From Solirubrobacterales bacterium (GTDB lineage: Bacteria; Actinomycetota; Thermoleophilia; Solirubrobacterales; Solirubrobacteraceae), in assembly GCA_038330095.1 (NCBI GenBank), contig JBBQNQ010000001.1, forward strand, positions 13,755 through 77,754: DNA of 64,000 nucleotides. The letters run 5' to 3'. Within the stretch, counting starts at the first letter, position 1. Each line of letters begins with the position of its first letter. The translations under genes and the position numbers were made by a program. Below the pieces are notes generated by a model that saw only the letters and a program-made list of their open reading frames with translations, did not search any database and had not been told where the DNA came from. Shown in pieces: positions 37,139 through 47,907 of this stretch.

Positions 37139-37209
37139 GTTGCGTCTCCTTGTGCGTTGTGGTCACGATCCCTTCAGGTCAGAGACCGCCCAGCTAACCA
37201 CGAGGGAGA

Positions 37210-37299
37210 CGGAGAGGGAGGGATTCGAACCCTCGAACGAGGTTGACCCCCGCTACGCGATTTCCAGTCGCGCCCGTTCAGCCGCTCCGGCACCTCTCC
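37210..37299 (-). tRNA. tRNA-Ser (anticodon GGA)
   Basis: GGAGAGGTGCCGGAGCGGCTGAACGGGCGCGACTGGAAATCGCGT...GAGGGTTCGAATCCCTCCCTCTCCG. 7-bp acceptor stem, CUGGAAA anticodon loop, long variable arm, GTTCGAATC T-loop. CCA is not encoded. Confidence 0.9.
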
Positions 37300-37334
37300 G
37301 AGCGACGGAAGGGTAGTGGCTGACCTGCCGCGGG

Positions 37335-38531
37335 TTAGACGCGCCAGGAGCGGTCGATGAGCACGGGCACCCGGTCGCCGTCGGCGGTGATGCCCGAGAC
37401 CTTGATCTCGGGGGCTCCGATCATGAAGTCGATGTGGATCTCGCTGTCGTTGATGCGCTCGAGATCGGGGTCCTCGACGCCCATCGGGTAGGCGCGGCCA
37501 AAGGCGATGTGGCTTGCCGCGTTCTCGTCGAGCAGGGTGTCGTAGAAGATCGTGTCCAGCGCGCCGATGCGGCCCTCTCCGTCGACCAGGGCGAGCTCGC
37601 CGAGCCGTGCGGCGCCCTCGTCGCGACCGGTTCGCGTGCGCAGGGCGTCGACGCCGGTGTCCGCCTGCACGTCGACCGCCCGGCCGCCCTCGAAGCGCAC
37701 GCGCAGGCCGCGGACCGTCGTTCCCTGGAGGTCCAGCGGCTTGGTCGAGGTGACCCAGCCCTCGGTGCGTGCGGGATCGGGCGAGGTGAAGACCTCCTCG
37801 GAGGGAAGGTTGGGAAGGTGGACGATTCCGCCGACGGTCTCCATGCGGGCCGCAAGCCAGCGCGAGGTAGGCAGCAGGCCGACGCGCAGATCGGTGCCCG
37901 GGCCCTCGAAGTGCAACAGGTCGAAGCGGCGCTCGGTGAGGCGCTGGGCGACCGCGCTCAGCGCGTCGAAGCGCTCGTTCCACGCCGCGGCAGGGTCGGG
38001 CTCGTCCAGGCGGCAGACGTGGGCGATCTGCTCCCACAACCGCTCGAAGGCCGCGCCCGGCTCGAGGTCCGGGTGCACGAGGGTCGCCCACCCGGTGGTC
38101 GGCGCCGGCACGATCGACCAGTTGGTCGTCGACTCGGCGACGAGCTTGGCGGCCTCCTTGATCCAGGGAAGCATGTCCGTGCCGGCGCGCAGCGGGTCGA
38201 GATCGTCGAACAGGCCGGGCGCCGCGTTGCCGCTCAGCGCGATACGGGCGCAGCGCTGGTCACCGAGCGCGAGGACACGCTCGCCGTACCAGGAGGGCAC
38301 GAACTCCAAAGTGTCCTCGGCGGCATGCCGCAGCCGGGCTCGCTTGACCCACGGGTCGAAGTAGGTGACGTCGACGAAGCGCGCGCCGTGCCGGTAGGCG
38401 CTCTCCGCCACCGCCCGGGTGAGTGACTCCTTGCCGGGCTCGGAGCCGAGAGCGACGATCTGCCCCGGCTGCACGTTGGCGCCTGACACGACAACGAGGT
38501 CGGCCAGGCGTCGCTCCAGATCCTCGAACAC
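37335..38531 (-). CDS. M29 family aminopeptidase (AmpS/PepS-like)
   Basis: GANVQPGQIV, YFDPWV and a conserved C-terminal EIHIDFMIG. GTG at 38531 is preferred. ATG at 38603 would overlap the divergent gene start. Confidence 0.8.
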   Translation of the reverse strand: MFEDLERRLADLVVVSGANVQPGQIVALGSEPGKESLTRAVAESAYRHGARFVDVTYFDPWVKRARLRHAAEDTLEFVPSWYGERVLALGDQRCARIALSGNAAPGLFDDLDPLRAGTDMLPWIKEAAKLVAESTTNWSIVPAPTTGWATLVHPDLEPGAAFERLWEQIAHVCRLDEPDPAAAWNERFDALSAVAQRLTERRFDLLHFEGPGTDLRVGLLPTSRWLAARMETVGGIVHLPNLPSEEVFTSPDPARTEGWVTSTKPLDLQGTTVRGLRVRFEGGRAVDVQADTGVDALRTRTGRDEGAARLGELALVDGEGRIGALDTIFYDTLLDENAASHIAFGRAYPMGVEDPDLERINDSEIHIDFMIGAPEIKVSGITADGDRVPVLIDRSWRV

Positions 38532-38601
38532 GGACCGCAGATTAGTAGTCGGACGTCGGTGGCCTTGCGCCGCCGGGGCGCCAGCGGGTAGCGTCGTCGT
38601 C

Positions 38602-38997
38602 ATGAAGCCAGAAGACGCCATTCGGAACCTCTCCATGATCCGCCTCGCCGTGGGCGCCGGAGCGTGGCTCGCGCCGAGGCTAACGGCCAAGGCCTTCCTG
38701 CTCGACATGGACGCGAACCCCCAGGCCCCCTACCTGGGTCGCCTCTTCGGGGCACGCGACGTCGCGCTCGGCTACGGGACGATGACCTCGAGCGGCCCGG
38801 CGCTCAGGAAGTGGCTAACCGCCGGCCTGGCCTGCGACGTCGCCGACACGCTCGCCGCCGTGGCGGGCGGGCGCGACGGCTCGCTCACGCGCCTGCAGAC
38901 CGTCCTCCTCCTCGCCCCGGCGATCACCGGGGTGGGCATGGGTCTCGTCGCGCTCAAGGGCCAGGGCGGCGGCTCAGCAGCAGGCGCGGGCGTCTGA
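38602..38997 (+). CDS. small membrane protein (DUF4267-like)
   Basis: 131 aa. Hydrophobic helices and high third-position GC. The family call is tentative. Confidence 0.5.
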   Translation: MKPEDAIRNLSMIRLAVGAGAWLAPRLTAKAFLLDMDANPQAPYLGRLFGARDVALGYGTMTSSGPALRKWLTAGLACDVADTLAAVAGGRDGSLTRLQTVLLLAPAITGVGMGLVALKGQGGGSAAGAGV

Positions 38998-39902
38998 GCG
39001 CCGCGCCGGTCGCGCTGATCGGCGCCCCCACGAGCGCCGGGGCCTTTGCGCCGGGTCAGGAGGACGCGCCGTCGGCATTGCGCGATGAGCGCCTCGCCGA
39101 CCGGCTGGCTGAGCACGGGCGCGAGGTGGTCGACCGGGGCGACACCCCACGCTGGCGCTGGCGCCCGGACCGCGAACACCGCCGCGCGCAGAACGTCGCG
39201 GCGGTCGCCGCCGGCGCGAGCGCGGTCGGCGCGCTCGTGAGCGCCGCGCTCGACGCCGGCGAGCTGCCGCTGGTCATGGGCGGCGACTGCACGGTGGAGC
39301 TCGGCACCGTCGCCGGTGCCGCGGCCGCCGGTCACGATCCCGCCCTGGTCTACTTCGACCTCCATCCCGACCTCAACGTTCCGGAGGCGGTGCCCGACGG
39401 GACACTGGACTGGATGGGCGTCGCGCACCTCCTCGACGAGCAGGGCGCGGTCGAGGAGCTTGCCACGCTAGGCCCGCGACGACCGCTGCTCGACCAGGAT
39501 CGCCTCGTGCTCCTCGGCCACGACCCCGACCACTCCACCGACTTCGAGCGCGGGGTCATCGAGCGCCGGGGTCTGCGCGGCGTCCCGCTCGCACAGGTCG
39601 CTGATGATCCCCGCGGGGCGGCGCGCCGTGCCGTCGAGCTCGCCACCGGCGACCGGGCGCGGGGCTACCTCGTGCACTTCGACGTAGACGTCGTCGACTT
39701 CGTCGACATGCCTCTGTCGGAGAACACCGGCCGCAACTACGGGCTGTCCTTCGACGCCGCGATGACCGCTCTGGAGGTCCTGCTTGCCGACAGCCGCCTC
39801 ATAGGGCTCACCGTCACCGAGCTCAATCCCCATCACGGGGCGCCGGACGGGTCGACCCTGCGCGCGTACGTCGAGCGCCTCGCCTCGGCCCTGGGCGCCT
39901 GA
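38994..39902 (+). CDS. arginase/agmatinase/formimidoylglutamase-fold protein, probable CTG start
   Basis: ALIGAPTSAG, MGGDCT (variant of GGDHS), FDLHPD and HFDVDVVD motifs. No ATG/GTG/TTG lies between 38808 and the conserved N-terminus. CTG at 38994 overlaps the upstream stop as CTGA. Confidence 0.7.
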   Translation: MSAAPVALIGAPTSAGAFAPGQEDAPSALRDERLADRLAEHGREVVDRGDTPRWRWRPDREHRRAQNVAAVAAGASAVGALVSAALDAGELPLVMGGDCTVELGTVAGAAAAGHDPALVYFDLHPDLNVPEAVPDGTLDWMGVAHLLDEQGAVEELATLGPRRPLLDQDRLVLLGHDPDHSTDFERGVIERRGLRGVPLAQVADDPRGAARRAVELATGDRARGYLVHFDVDVVDFVDMPLSENTGRNYGLSFDAAMTALEVLLADSRLIGLTVTELNPHHGAPDGSTLRAYVERLASALGA

Positions 39903-39936
39903 GCCGCAGCCCGTCTACGGCGCGCGGCCCCGCCGC

Positions 39937-40065
39937 TCAGAGCGCGCGGATCAGGACGTTCAGCAGCACCGTGAGGACGATGCTGAGCACGATCGACCAG
40001 ATGAGGCAGCCGGGGAGGAAGCGAACTTCCGTCCTCCTCCCCGGCCTCTTGCTGAACAACAGCAC
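39937..40065 (-). CDS. possible 42-aa membrane peptide
   Basis: VLLFSKRPGRRTEVRFLPGCLIWSIVLSIVLTVLLNVLIRAL: a basic N-terminus plus one TM helix. It starts 16 nt after the stop of the 113-aa membrane protein gene. Too short for the ORF track. Confidence 0.25.
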   Translation of the reverse strand: MLLFSKRPGRRTEVRFLPGCLIWSIVLSIVLTVLLNVLIRAL

Positions 40066-40080
40066 GAGGAGCCTCGCTCG

Positions 40081-40422
40081 CTAGCGCAGCCCTGCGTCCT
40101 GGTCGTCGTGCGCGCGGTTCTGCCCGCTGTCGGACCAGTAAGGCTCGCGGCTGCCGGACTTCGCGAGCCCGCGGCCGACCAGGTAGGCGCCGGTGACGAT
40201 GGCCACGTAGAGCCACGCCTGGCGGGCGATGAACTCGTCCGTCCCACCGGTGTCGCCGCCCTTGATGAGCGCAGCGCTCACGAGGATCGCGGCGACAACG
40301 GCCACGAACGACCAGAACTCGGTCGTCTTGAAGGCGGCCTTGGTCTCGGTTGCGAGCCTGGTCGCGAGTCCGCCGCCGGCGGCGCTTGCGCCACGGGAAC
40401 GTGTCTCATCAGCAGTAGCCAC
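40081..40422 (-). CDS. hypothetical 2-TM membrane protein
   Basis: AGGAGG Shine-Dalgarno sequence 6 nt before the GTG. Two hydrophobic helices and high third-position GC. Confidence 0.55.
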   Translation of the reverse strand: MATADETRSRGASAAGGGLATRLATETKAAFKTTEFWSFVAVVAAILVSAALIKGGDTGGTDEFIARQAWLYVAIVTGAYLVGRGLAKSGSREPYWSDSGQNRAHDDQDAGLR

Positions 40423-40621
40423 TTCGTACCTCCTTGTTGGAAACGCCGTACACCCGCGTTTCCAGGCCGCCCCGTTTATGAGGCACCTGTTTCCGAAGGA
40501 TGAAACGTGCGCCCGGTGACGCCGTGGGCTTCACCCACTTCGCCGGACGTCGGGACCCGTCGTCCCCGTTTCCCCGCTCGAGCAAACATTCGATTTCAGA
40601 TCTTGGGGGCGTGGGGCTGGT

Positions 40622-41155
40622 TTACGGCGCGCCCGCGGCCTTGGGGGCCGTGGGGTCGGCGGCCTCCTCGGAGGCCTCCTCGCGCGCGACATAGTCCTCG
40701 ATGTCGGCGACGTCGTCGCGCGAGCGCTCGGCCACCCGCAGTAGCGTGCTCATCGTGGCGACCTCCTCGATCTGCTCCTTGATAAACCACTGGACGAACT
40801 GCTCGGAGGTGTAGTCGCCTGCCTCGCGCGCGGTGGCCGCCAGCCCGTTGATCTGCTCTGAGACCCGCTGCTCCTGCTCGAGCGCGAGGGCGATCGGCTC
40901 GACCACGTCGGAGAAGCGGGAGCGCGGCTCGGCGACCCCCGGGGTCGTCACCTCGGCGTCCGTGTCGAGCAGATACTGGACCATCATCATCGCGTGCTCG
41001 CGCTCCTCCAGCGCCTGGCGGTAGAAGAAGGCGGCGAGCTGCGGAAGTGCTTCGTCGTCGTAGTAGATCGCGCAGGCGACGTACTGCTGATGCGCGGCGA
41101 ACTCGTTGGCGATCTGCTCGTTGAGCCTCGCGGCGAAGGCATCGGCGGGTGGCAC
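40622..41155 (-). CDS. ferritin (non-heme, bacterial type)
   Basis: NEQIANEFAAHQQY...ALEEREHAMMMVQYL...LALEQEQRV ferroxidase-centre pattern. The start is ambiguous (GTG 41155 or ATG 41194). Confidence 0.85.
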   Translation of the reverse strand: MPPADAFAARLNEQIANEFAAHQQYVACAIYYDDEALPQLAAFFYRQALEEREHAMMMVQYLLDTDAEVTTPGVAEPRSRFSDVVEPIALALEQEQRVSEQINGLAATAREAGDYTSEQFVQWFIKEQIEEVATMSTLLRVAERSRDDVADIEDYVAREEASEEAADPTAPKAAGAP

Positions 41156-41192
41156 GGGGCGAAGCCTACAAGCGGCGCCTACGATGCGGATC

Positions 41193-41369
41193 ATGGCGAA
41201 GCCGGTAAAGGTCAAGCGCTCCTGCTGCCAGAGCCGGCCGCGCTGCAAGCGCTGCCCGGTGGTGCTCGAACGCCTCGCGCGCGCCGGGGCGGCCGAGCGC
41301 ACCGGCAAGCGCACCTACGAGCTCGGCAAGGTTCGCAAGCGCAAGCTGCGCGCGGCCCGCGCGCGCTGA
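41193..41369 (+). CDS. 58-aa highly basic four-cysteine protein
   Basis: MAKPVKVKRSCCQSRPRCKRCPVV... CC-x6-C-x2-C motif. Third-position GC is near 95%. Divergent from ferritin. Confidence 0.45.
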   Translation: MAKPVKVKRSCCQSRPRCKRCPVVLERLARAGAAERTGKRTYELGKVRKRKLRAARAR

Positions 41370-41533
41370 GGCGAAGCGCCTGGCGGTGCTTCGAGCGCCC
41401 CCTCCCTCTCTCTCGTCGCCCCAGACCACGCGGCGCACGCCAGCCCGGCGCGAACGGAGCGCCGCGCGGCGAGCCCGACGCCGCCCGTGCGGGAGAACGT
41501 GGGCGCAGGGAGATCGTCGCCTCCAAACGAGTC

Positions 41534-41551
41534 GGACCCCTTTTAGGGTCT
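41534..41551 (-). terminator. hairpin just after the tgt stop (copy 2 of the shared motif)
   Basis: GACCC-ctttta-GGGTC with flanks GTCGGACCCC / GGGTCTCC identical to 26355-26380. Confidence 0.35.
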
Positions 41552-41557
41552 CCCAGG

Positions 41558-42751
41558 CTAGGGGGCGGCGCCCGCGCGTAGCGCCGCAGCCTCCTCCGCG
41601 AGCCTTCCGTCGGCTATCGCGGTCCGCATGCGCTCCATGAGCCGCGCCACGAAGGAGAGGTTGTGCAGAGTGACGAGGCGCAGGGCGGTGAGCTCGCGGC
41701 GGCGCAGCAGATAGCGCAGGTACCCGCGCGAGTAGCCCGCGTCGCAGGCCGGGCACGGGCAGCCCTCCATGATCGGCTGCTCGGCGTCCTTCCAGCGGGC
41801 GCCCGTCAGGTCCACACGCCAGCGCGCGCCGGGATCGGGAACCACGGCGACGCCGTGGCGGCCCAGGCGCGTGGGCATCGCGCAGTCGAAGCTGTCGATT
41901 CCCAGCTCTACGCCCCGAATGAGGTCGTCGATGTCCCCGATGCCCAGCAGGTGGCGGGGACGGTCCTCCGGCAGCTCGTCCACCGCCCACTCCACCACCT
42001 CGTACATCTGCTCCTTCTCGCGCCCCAATGAGCCTCCCACGGCGATTCCGTCGCAGTCAGACCCGGCGACCTGGAGCGCCGACGCTCGCCGCAGGTCCTC
42101 GTGGACGCCGCCCTGCACGATCCCGTAGACCGCCTGACCCTTGGGGCCGTGCTCCGCGTGCCAGTCAAGGCAGCGGCGCAGCCAGCGATGCGTGCGCTCG
42201 GTCGAGCGTGCGGTGTAGTCGCGGGTGGCGTGGAAGGGCGTGCACTCGTCGAAGGCGAGCGCGATGTCCGAGCCCAGCGCGGCCTGAACCTCCATGGAGG
42301 TCTCGGGTCCCAGGAAGCGCTCGCCACCGTCGACGTAGGAGCGAAAGCGCACCCCGGCCTCGGAGATCTGAAGGATGGCTCCGGCGCGCTGCGCCCCACG
42401 CGGAGCGCGGCCCTTGATCTCGTCGGCCACCGTCCCGTGGCCCATCGAGAAGACCTGGAAGCCGCCGGAGTCGGTGATGATCGGGCCGCCCCAGCGCATG
42501 AAGCGGTGCAGTCCTCCGAAGCGCGTGATGAGCTCGGGACCCGGGTCGAGCAGCAGGTGGAAGGTGTTGCCGAGCACCATGTCGTAGCCAAGGCCCGCCA
42601 CCTCCGCGGCTGCAAGCCCGCGCACCGAGCCATTGGTCGCCAGCGGGACGAAGGCCGGGGTGTGAACCACGCCGTGGGCGAGCGCGATCCGGCCTGTACG
42701 TGCGCGTGTCGCGCCGTCTGTCGCGCCGAGCTCGAACCGCTTCACGGGCAT
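41558..42751 (-). CDS. tgt: tRNA-guanine transglycosylase
   Basis: TPAFVPLAT, ITDSGGFQVFS and the zinc site CPCPAC...H pattern. Confidence 0.9.
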   Translation of the reverse strand: MPVKRFELGATDGATRARTGRIALAHGVVHTPAFVPLATNGSVRGLAAAEVAGLGYDMVLGNTFHLLLDPGPELITRFGGLHRFMRWGGPIITDSGGFQVFSMGHGTVADEIKGRAPRGAQRAGAILQISEAGVRFRSYVDGGERFLGPETSMEVQAALGSDIALAFDECTPFHATRDYTARSTERTHRWLRRCLDWHAEHGPKGQAVYGIVQGGVHEDLRRASALQVAGSDCDGIAVGGSLGREKEQMYEVVEWAVDELPEDRPRHLLGIGDIDDLIRGVELGIDSFDCAMPTRLGRHGVAVVPDPGARWRVDLTGARWKDAEQPIMEGCPCPACDAGYSRGYLRYLLRRRELTALRLVTLHNLSFVARLMERMRTAIADGRLAEEAAALRAGAAP

Positions 42752-42788
42752 CACGGCACTGCGAGCCCGCCCGGCGGGCTCGCTTGCG

Positions 42789-43268
42789 TCAGTCCTCGGC
42801 CGACTCGGGCGCGACGCGCCGCCACATCTGGGCCAGGCGCTCGAGCTCTGAGTCCGAGAAGTGGGCGACGAAGTCCTGGCGGACCGCGGCCAGGTGCGTC
42901 GGTCGCGCCTGCTCCACGCGCTCGCGGCCCGACGCGGTGAGCACGGCGTAGGCGCCGCGGGCGTCGACATGGCAGCAGGCGCGGGCGATGAGGCCCTCGC
43001 GCTCGAGGCGGTCGACGAGCCGGGTGAGCCCGCTGCGGCTCAGGGCCACCGACTCGGCGAGCTCGCACATGCGCATCTTGCCGCCGGGAGCGTCAGCCAG
43101 TGCTGACAGCACTTGATAGGTGGAGAGACTGAGCCCGTGGCCGGTCTCGAGCTCGGCGTCGAGGCGCTTCACGAGGGCCGCGTGGGCCCGGACGAGGCCG
43201 CGCCAGGCGCGCAGCTCGACGTCGCGAAGGTCGGCCTCGTCGGCCAGTGGTGTCGCCGCCGTGCGCAT
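42789..43268 (-). CDS. MarR family transcriptional regulator
   Basis: Winged HTH: LSLSTYQVLSALADAP...MCELAESVALSRSGLTRLVDRLEREGLI. Confidence 0.85.
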   Translation of the reverse strand: MRTAATPLADEADLRDVELRAWRGLVRAHAALVKRLDAELETGHGLSLSTYQVLSALADAPGGKMRMCELAESVALSRSGLTRLVDRLEREGLIARACCHVDARGAYAVLTASGRERVEQARPTHLAAVRQDFVAHFSDSELERLAQMWRRVAPESAED

Positions 43269-43327
43269 GGCTAGGTGGCTCTCAAACCGGGCTCAACATA
43301 GCAGCGCCCGCCGCGGCAGCCGGCGAC

Positions 43328-44866
43328 TCAGGCGAGCAGCGAGCGGCCGGTCATGTTGGCGGGCTGGCGCTCTCCGAGCAGTGCGAGCACGGTGGGCGCG
43401 ACGTCGGCGAGGATCCCCGGCCCGTTCAGTTCTCCCTCCCCAATCGTGATGACGAAGGGAACGGGGTTGAGCGAGTGCGCGGTGTTGGGGCTGCCGTCGG
43501 GCTCGAGCATGTGGTCGGCGTTGCCATGGTCCGCGGTGACCAGGCACACCCCACCGCGCTCGTGGACCGCGCGAACGAGGTCCCCCAGGCACGCGTCGAC
43601 GGTCTCGATGCCCTTCACCGCTGCCGGGATCGACCCTGTGTGGCCGACCATGTCGGCGTTGGCGAAGTTCACGACCGCAAACCCCGGCTCGTCGGCGCGC
43701 CAGTGGCGCACGAAGGCGTCCGTCACGCCGCGCGCGCTCATCTCGGGCTTGTGGTCGTAGGTCGGGACGTCGCGCGGCGAGGGCACCAGCTCGCGCTCCT
43801 CGCCCTCGTAGGGGTGCTCCTCGCCGCCGTTGAAGAAGTAGGTCACGTGCGCGTACTTCTCGGTCTCCGCGACGTGCAGCTGCCGGATCCCGCGGTCGGA
43901 GAGCACCCGCGCGAGCGTGGTCGCCGGGCGGTCGGGCGGGAAGGCGGCCGGATAGGGCCAGCCCTCCTCGTACTCGGCCATGGTCGTCAGGCGCGCGACC
44001 GGCTCGTGCCCGCCGCGGTCGACCTCGGCGAGCCCGGGCTCGGCCAGCGCCCGGACGATCTCCCGCATGCGGTCGGGGCGGAAGTTGAAGCAGATGACGC
44101 TGTCGCTCGCCGGGCGGATCGCGGCGTCCTCGCCGACCAGCGTGGGCTGGACGAACTCGTCGGTCTCCCCGCGCTCGTAGGCGTCGCGCACCGCCTGGGC
44201 GCCGGTCGCCGCCCGGTACGGGGCGTCGCCGCCGACCAGCAGGTCGTAGGCGCGCTGCATGCGATCCCAGCGCCGATCGCGGTCCATCGCGAAGTAACGC
44301 CCGACCACGCTGCCCACCCGCGCTGCACCGGCTGCCCGACACCAGCTCTCGACGGTCTCCAGGTAGCCGGCGCCGGCGGTGGGAAGGGTGTCGCGCCCGT
44401 CGGTGAAGGCGTGGACAACGAGCTCGCCGACGCCGAGCTCGGCGCCCATGGCGATGAGCGCCTCGAGGTGGCCGAAGCCCGAGTGCACGCCGCCGTCGGA
44501 GACCAGCCCGAGCAGGTGGACGCGCTCGCCTGCGGTGAACGCAGCGCGCAGCGTCTCGTTGGAGCGCAGGGAGCCGTCGGCGACGGCGTTGTCGATGCGC
44601 GTGAGATCCTGGTGTACGACCGACCCTGCTCCCAGGTTGAGGTGGCCGACCTCGGAGTTGCCCATCTGGCCCTCGGGCAGGCCGACGCGCGGCCCGCAGG
44701 CGATGAGCTCGGTGCGAGGGTAGGTCGCCCACAGCTCGTCGAACACCGGCGTGTCCGCGAGCTCCACCGCATTTCCCGGCCCCGGCTCGGCGAGGCCCCA
44801 GCCGTCGAGGATGACCAGGCAGGCCGCAGGCACCGGGACGTGCGCCGGGCCGGGCGGGACGGTCAT
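43328..44866 (-). CDS. gpmI: 2,3-bisphosphoglycerate-independent phosphoglycerate mutase
   Basis: LVILDGWG, NSEVGHLNLGAG, VSDGGVHS and ADHGNA motifs. ATGA overlap with the tpiA stop. Confidence 0.95.
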   Translation of the reverse strand: MTVPPGPAHVPVPAACLVILDGWGLAEPGPGNAVELADTPVFDELWATYPRTELIACGPRVGLPEGQMGNSEVGHLNLGAGSVVHQDLTRIDNAVADGSLRSNETLRAAFTAGERVHLLGLVSDGGVHSGFGHLEALIAMGAELGVGELVVHAFTDGRDTLPTAGAGYLETVESWCRAAGAARVGSVVGRYFAMDRDRRWDRMQRAYDLLVGGDAPYRAATGAQAVRDAYERGETDEFVQPTLVGEDAAIRPASDSVICFNFRPDRMREIVRALAEPGLAEVDRGGHEPVARLTTMAEYEEGWPYPAAFPPDRPATTLARVLSDRGIRQLHVAETEKYAHVTYFFNGGEEHPYEGEERELVPSPRDVPTYDHKPEMSARGVTDAFVRHWRADEPGFAVVNFANADMVGHTGSIPAAVKGIETVDACLGDLVRAVHERGGVCLVTADHGNADHMLEPDGSPNTAHSLNPVPFVITIGEGELNGPGILADVAPTVLALLGERQPANMTGRSLLA

Positions 44867-45617
44867 CGAGGCGCGGCCGCAACGATCCGGGCGAACGCCT
44901 CGGGGTCGAGGCTCGCCCCGCCGACCAGCGCGCCGTCGACGTCGGGTAGCCCCAGCAGCTCGTTCGCGTTGTCGGGGGTGACGCTGCCGCCGTAGAGGAC
45001 GCGCACCCGCTCGGCCGCGGGCGGGTGACGGTCGCCGACCAGCGCGCGGATGAACGCGACTGCCTCCTGCGCCTGCTCGGCGGTGGCCACCTGCCCCGTG
45101 CCGATCGCCCAGATCGGCTCATAGGCGATCACCACCTCCGCCAGGAACTCGTCGGACACCTCGCGCAGCCCCTCCTGCACCTGGTGGCGCAGCCGGCGCT
45201 CGGTGTCGCCGCGCTCGCGCTCCTCCTCGCTCTCGCCGACGCACAGCAGCGGCACGAATCCCGCCACGAGCGCCGCCGAGACCTTGAGCTGGAGGCTGCG
45301 GTCGTTCTCGGCGAACTGCTGGCGACGCTCGGAGTGGCCGAGCACGACCCCGTCGACGTCGAGCTCGGAGAGCATCGGCGGCGAGATCTCGCCGGTGAAC
45401 GCCCCCTCGGCCGCCTGGTGCATGTTCTGTGCGAAGACCTGGACGCGCGACCCCCGCGCGCTGTCGACGATCGCTCCCAGCGCGGTGTAGGGCGGGCAGA
45501 CGACGACCTCCACGCCCTCCTCGGAGGAGACCTTCGGCAGCAGCGCCTGGATGTAGTCCTCGGCCTCGCGGATCGTCTTGTACATCTTCCAGTTGGCGGC
45601 GACGACGGGTACGCGGC

Positions 45618-45621
<4 letters not shown>
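44863..45621 (-). CDS. tpiA: triosephosphate isomerase
   Basis: ANWKMY, GHSERR and AYEPIWAIGTG motifs. ATGA overlap with the pgk stop. Confidence 0.95.
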
Positions 45622-47887
<2,266 letters not shown>

Positions 47888-47907
47888 CTAGCGGTTCAGA
47901 GTCCGTC

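Noticed and set aside
38601-38604. Aminopeptidase start at ATG 38603, interlocked (CATG) with the divergent gene start at 38602.
   Set aside because: Head-to-head starts with no spacer leave no room for promoters or ribosome-binding sites. GTG at 38531 gives MFEDLERRLADLVVVSGANVQPGQ, a typical M29 N-terminus and length (398 aa).
40439-40463. Hairpin GGAAACGC-9 nt-GCGTTTCC just upstream of the Shine-Dalgarno sequence of the 113-aa membrane protein gene, considered as a riboswitch or attenuator.
   Set aside because: It is a single short stem with no recognisable conserved motif. It may be a simple 5'-UTR hairpin or a weak terminator for ferritin. It cannot be assessed further without expression data.
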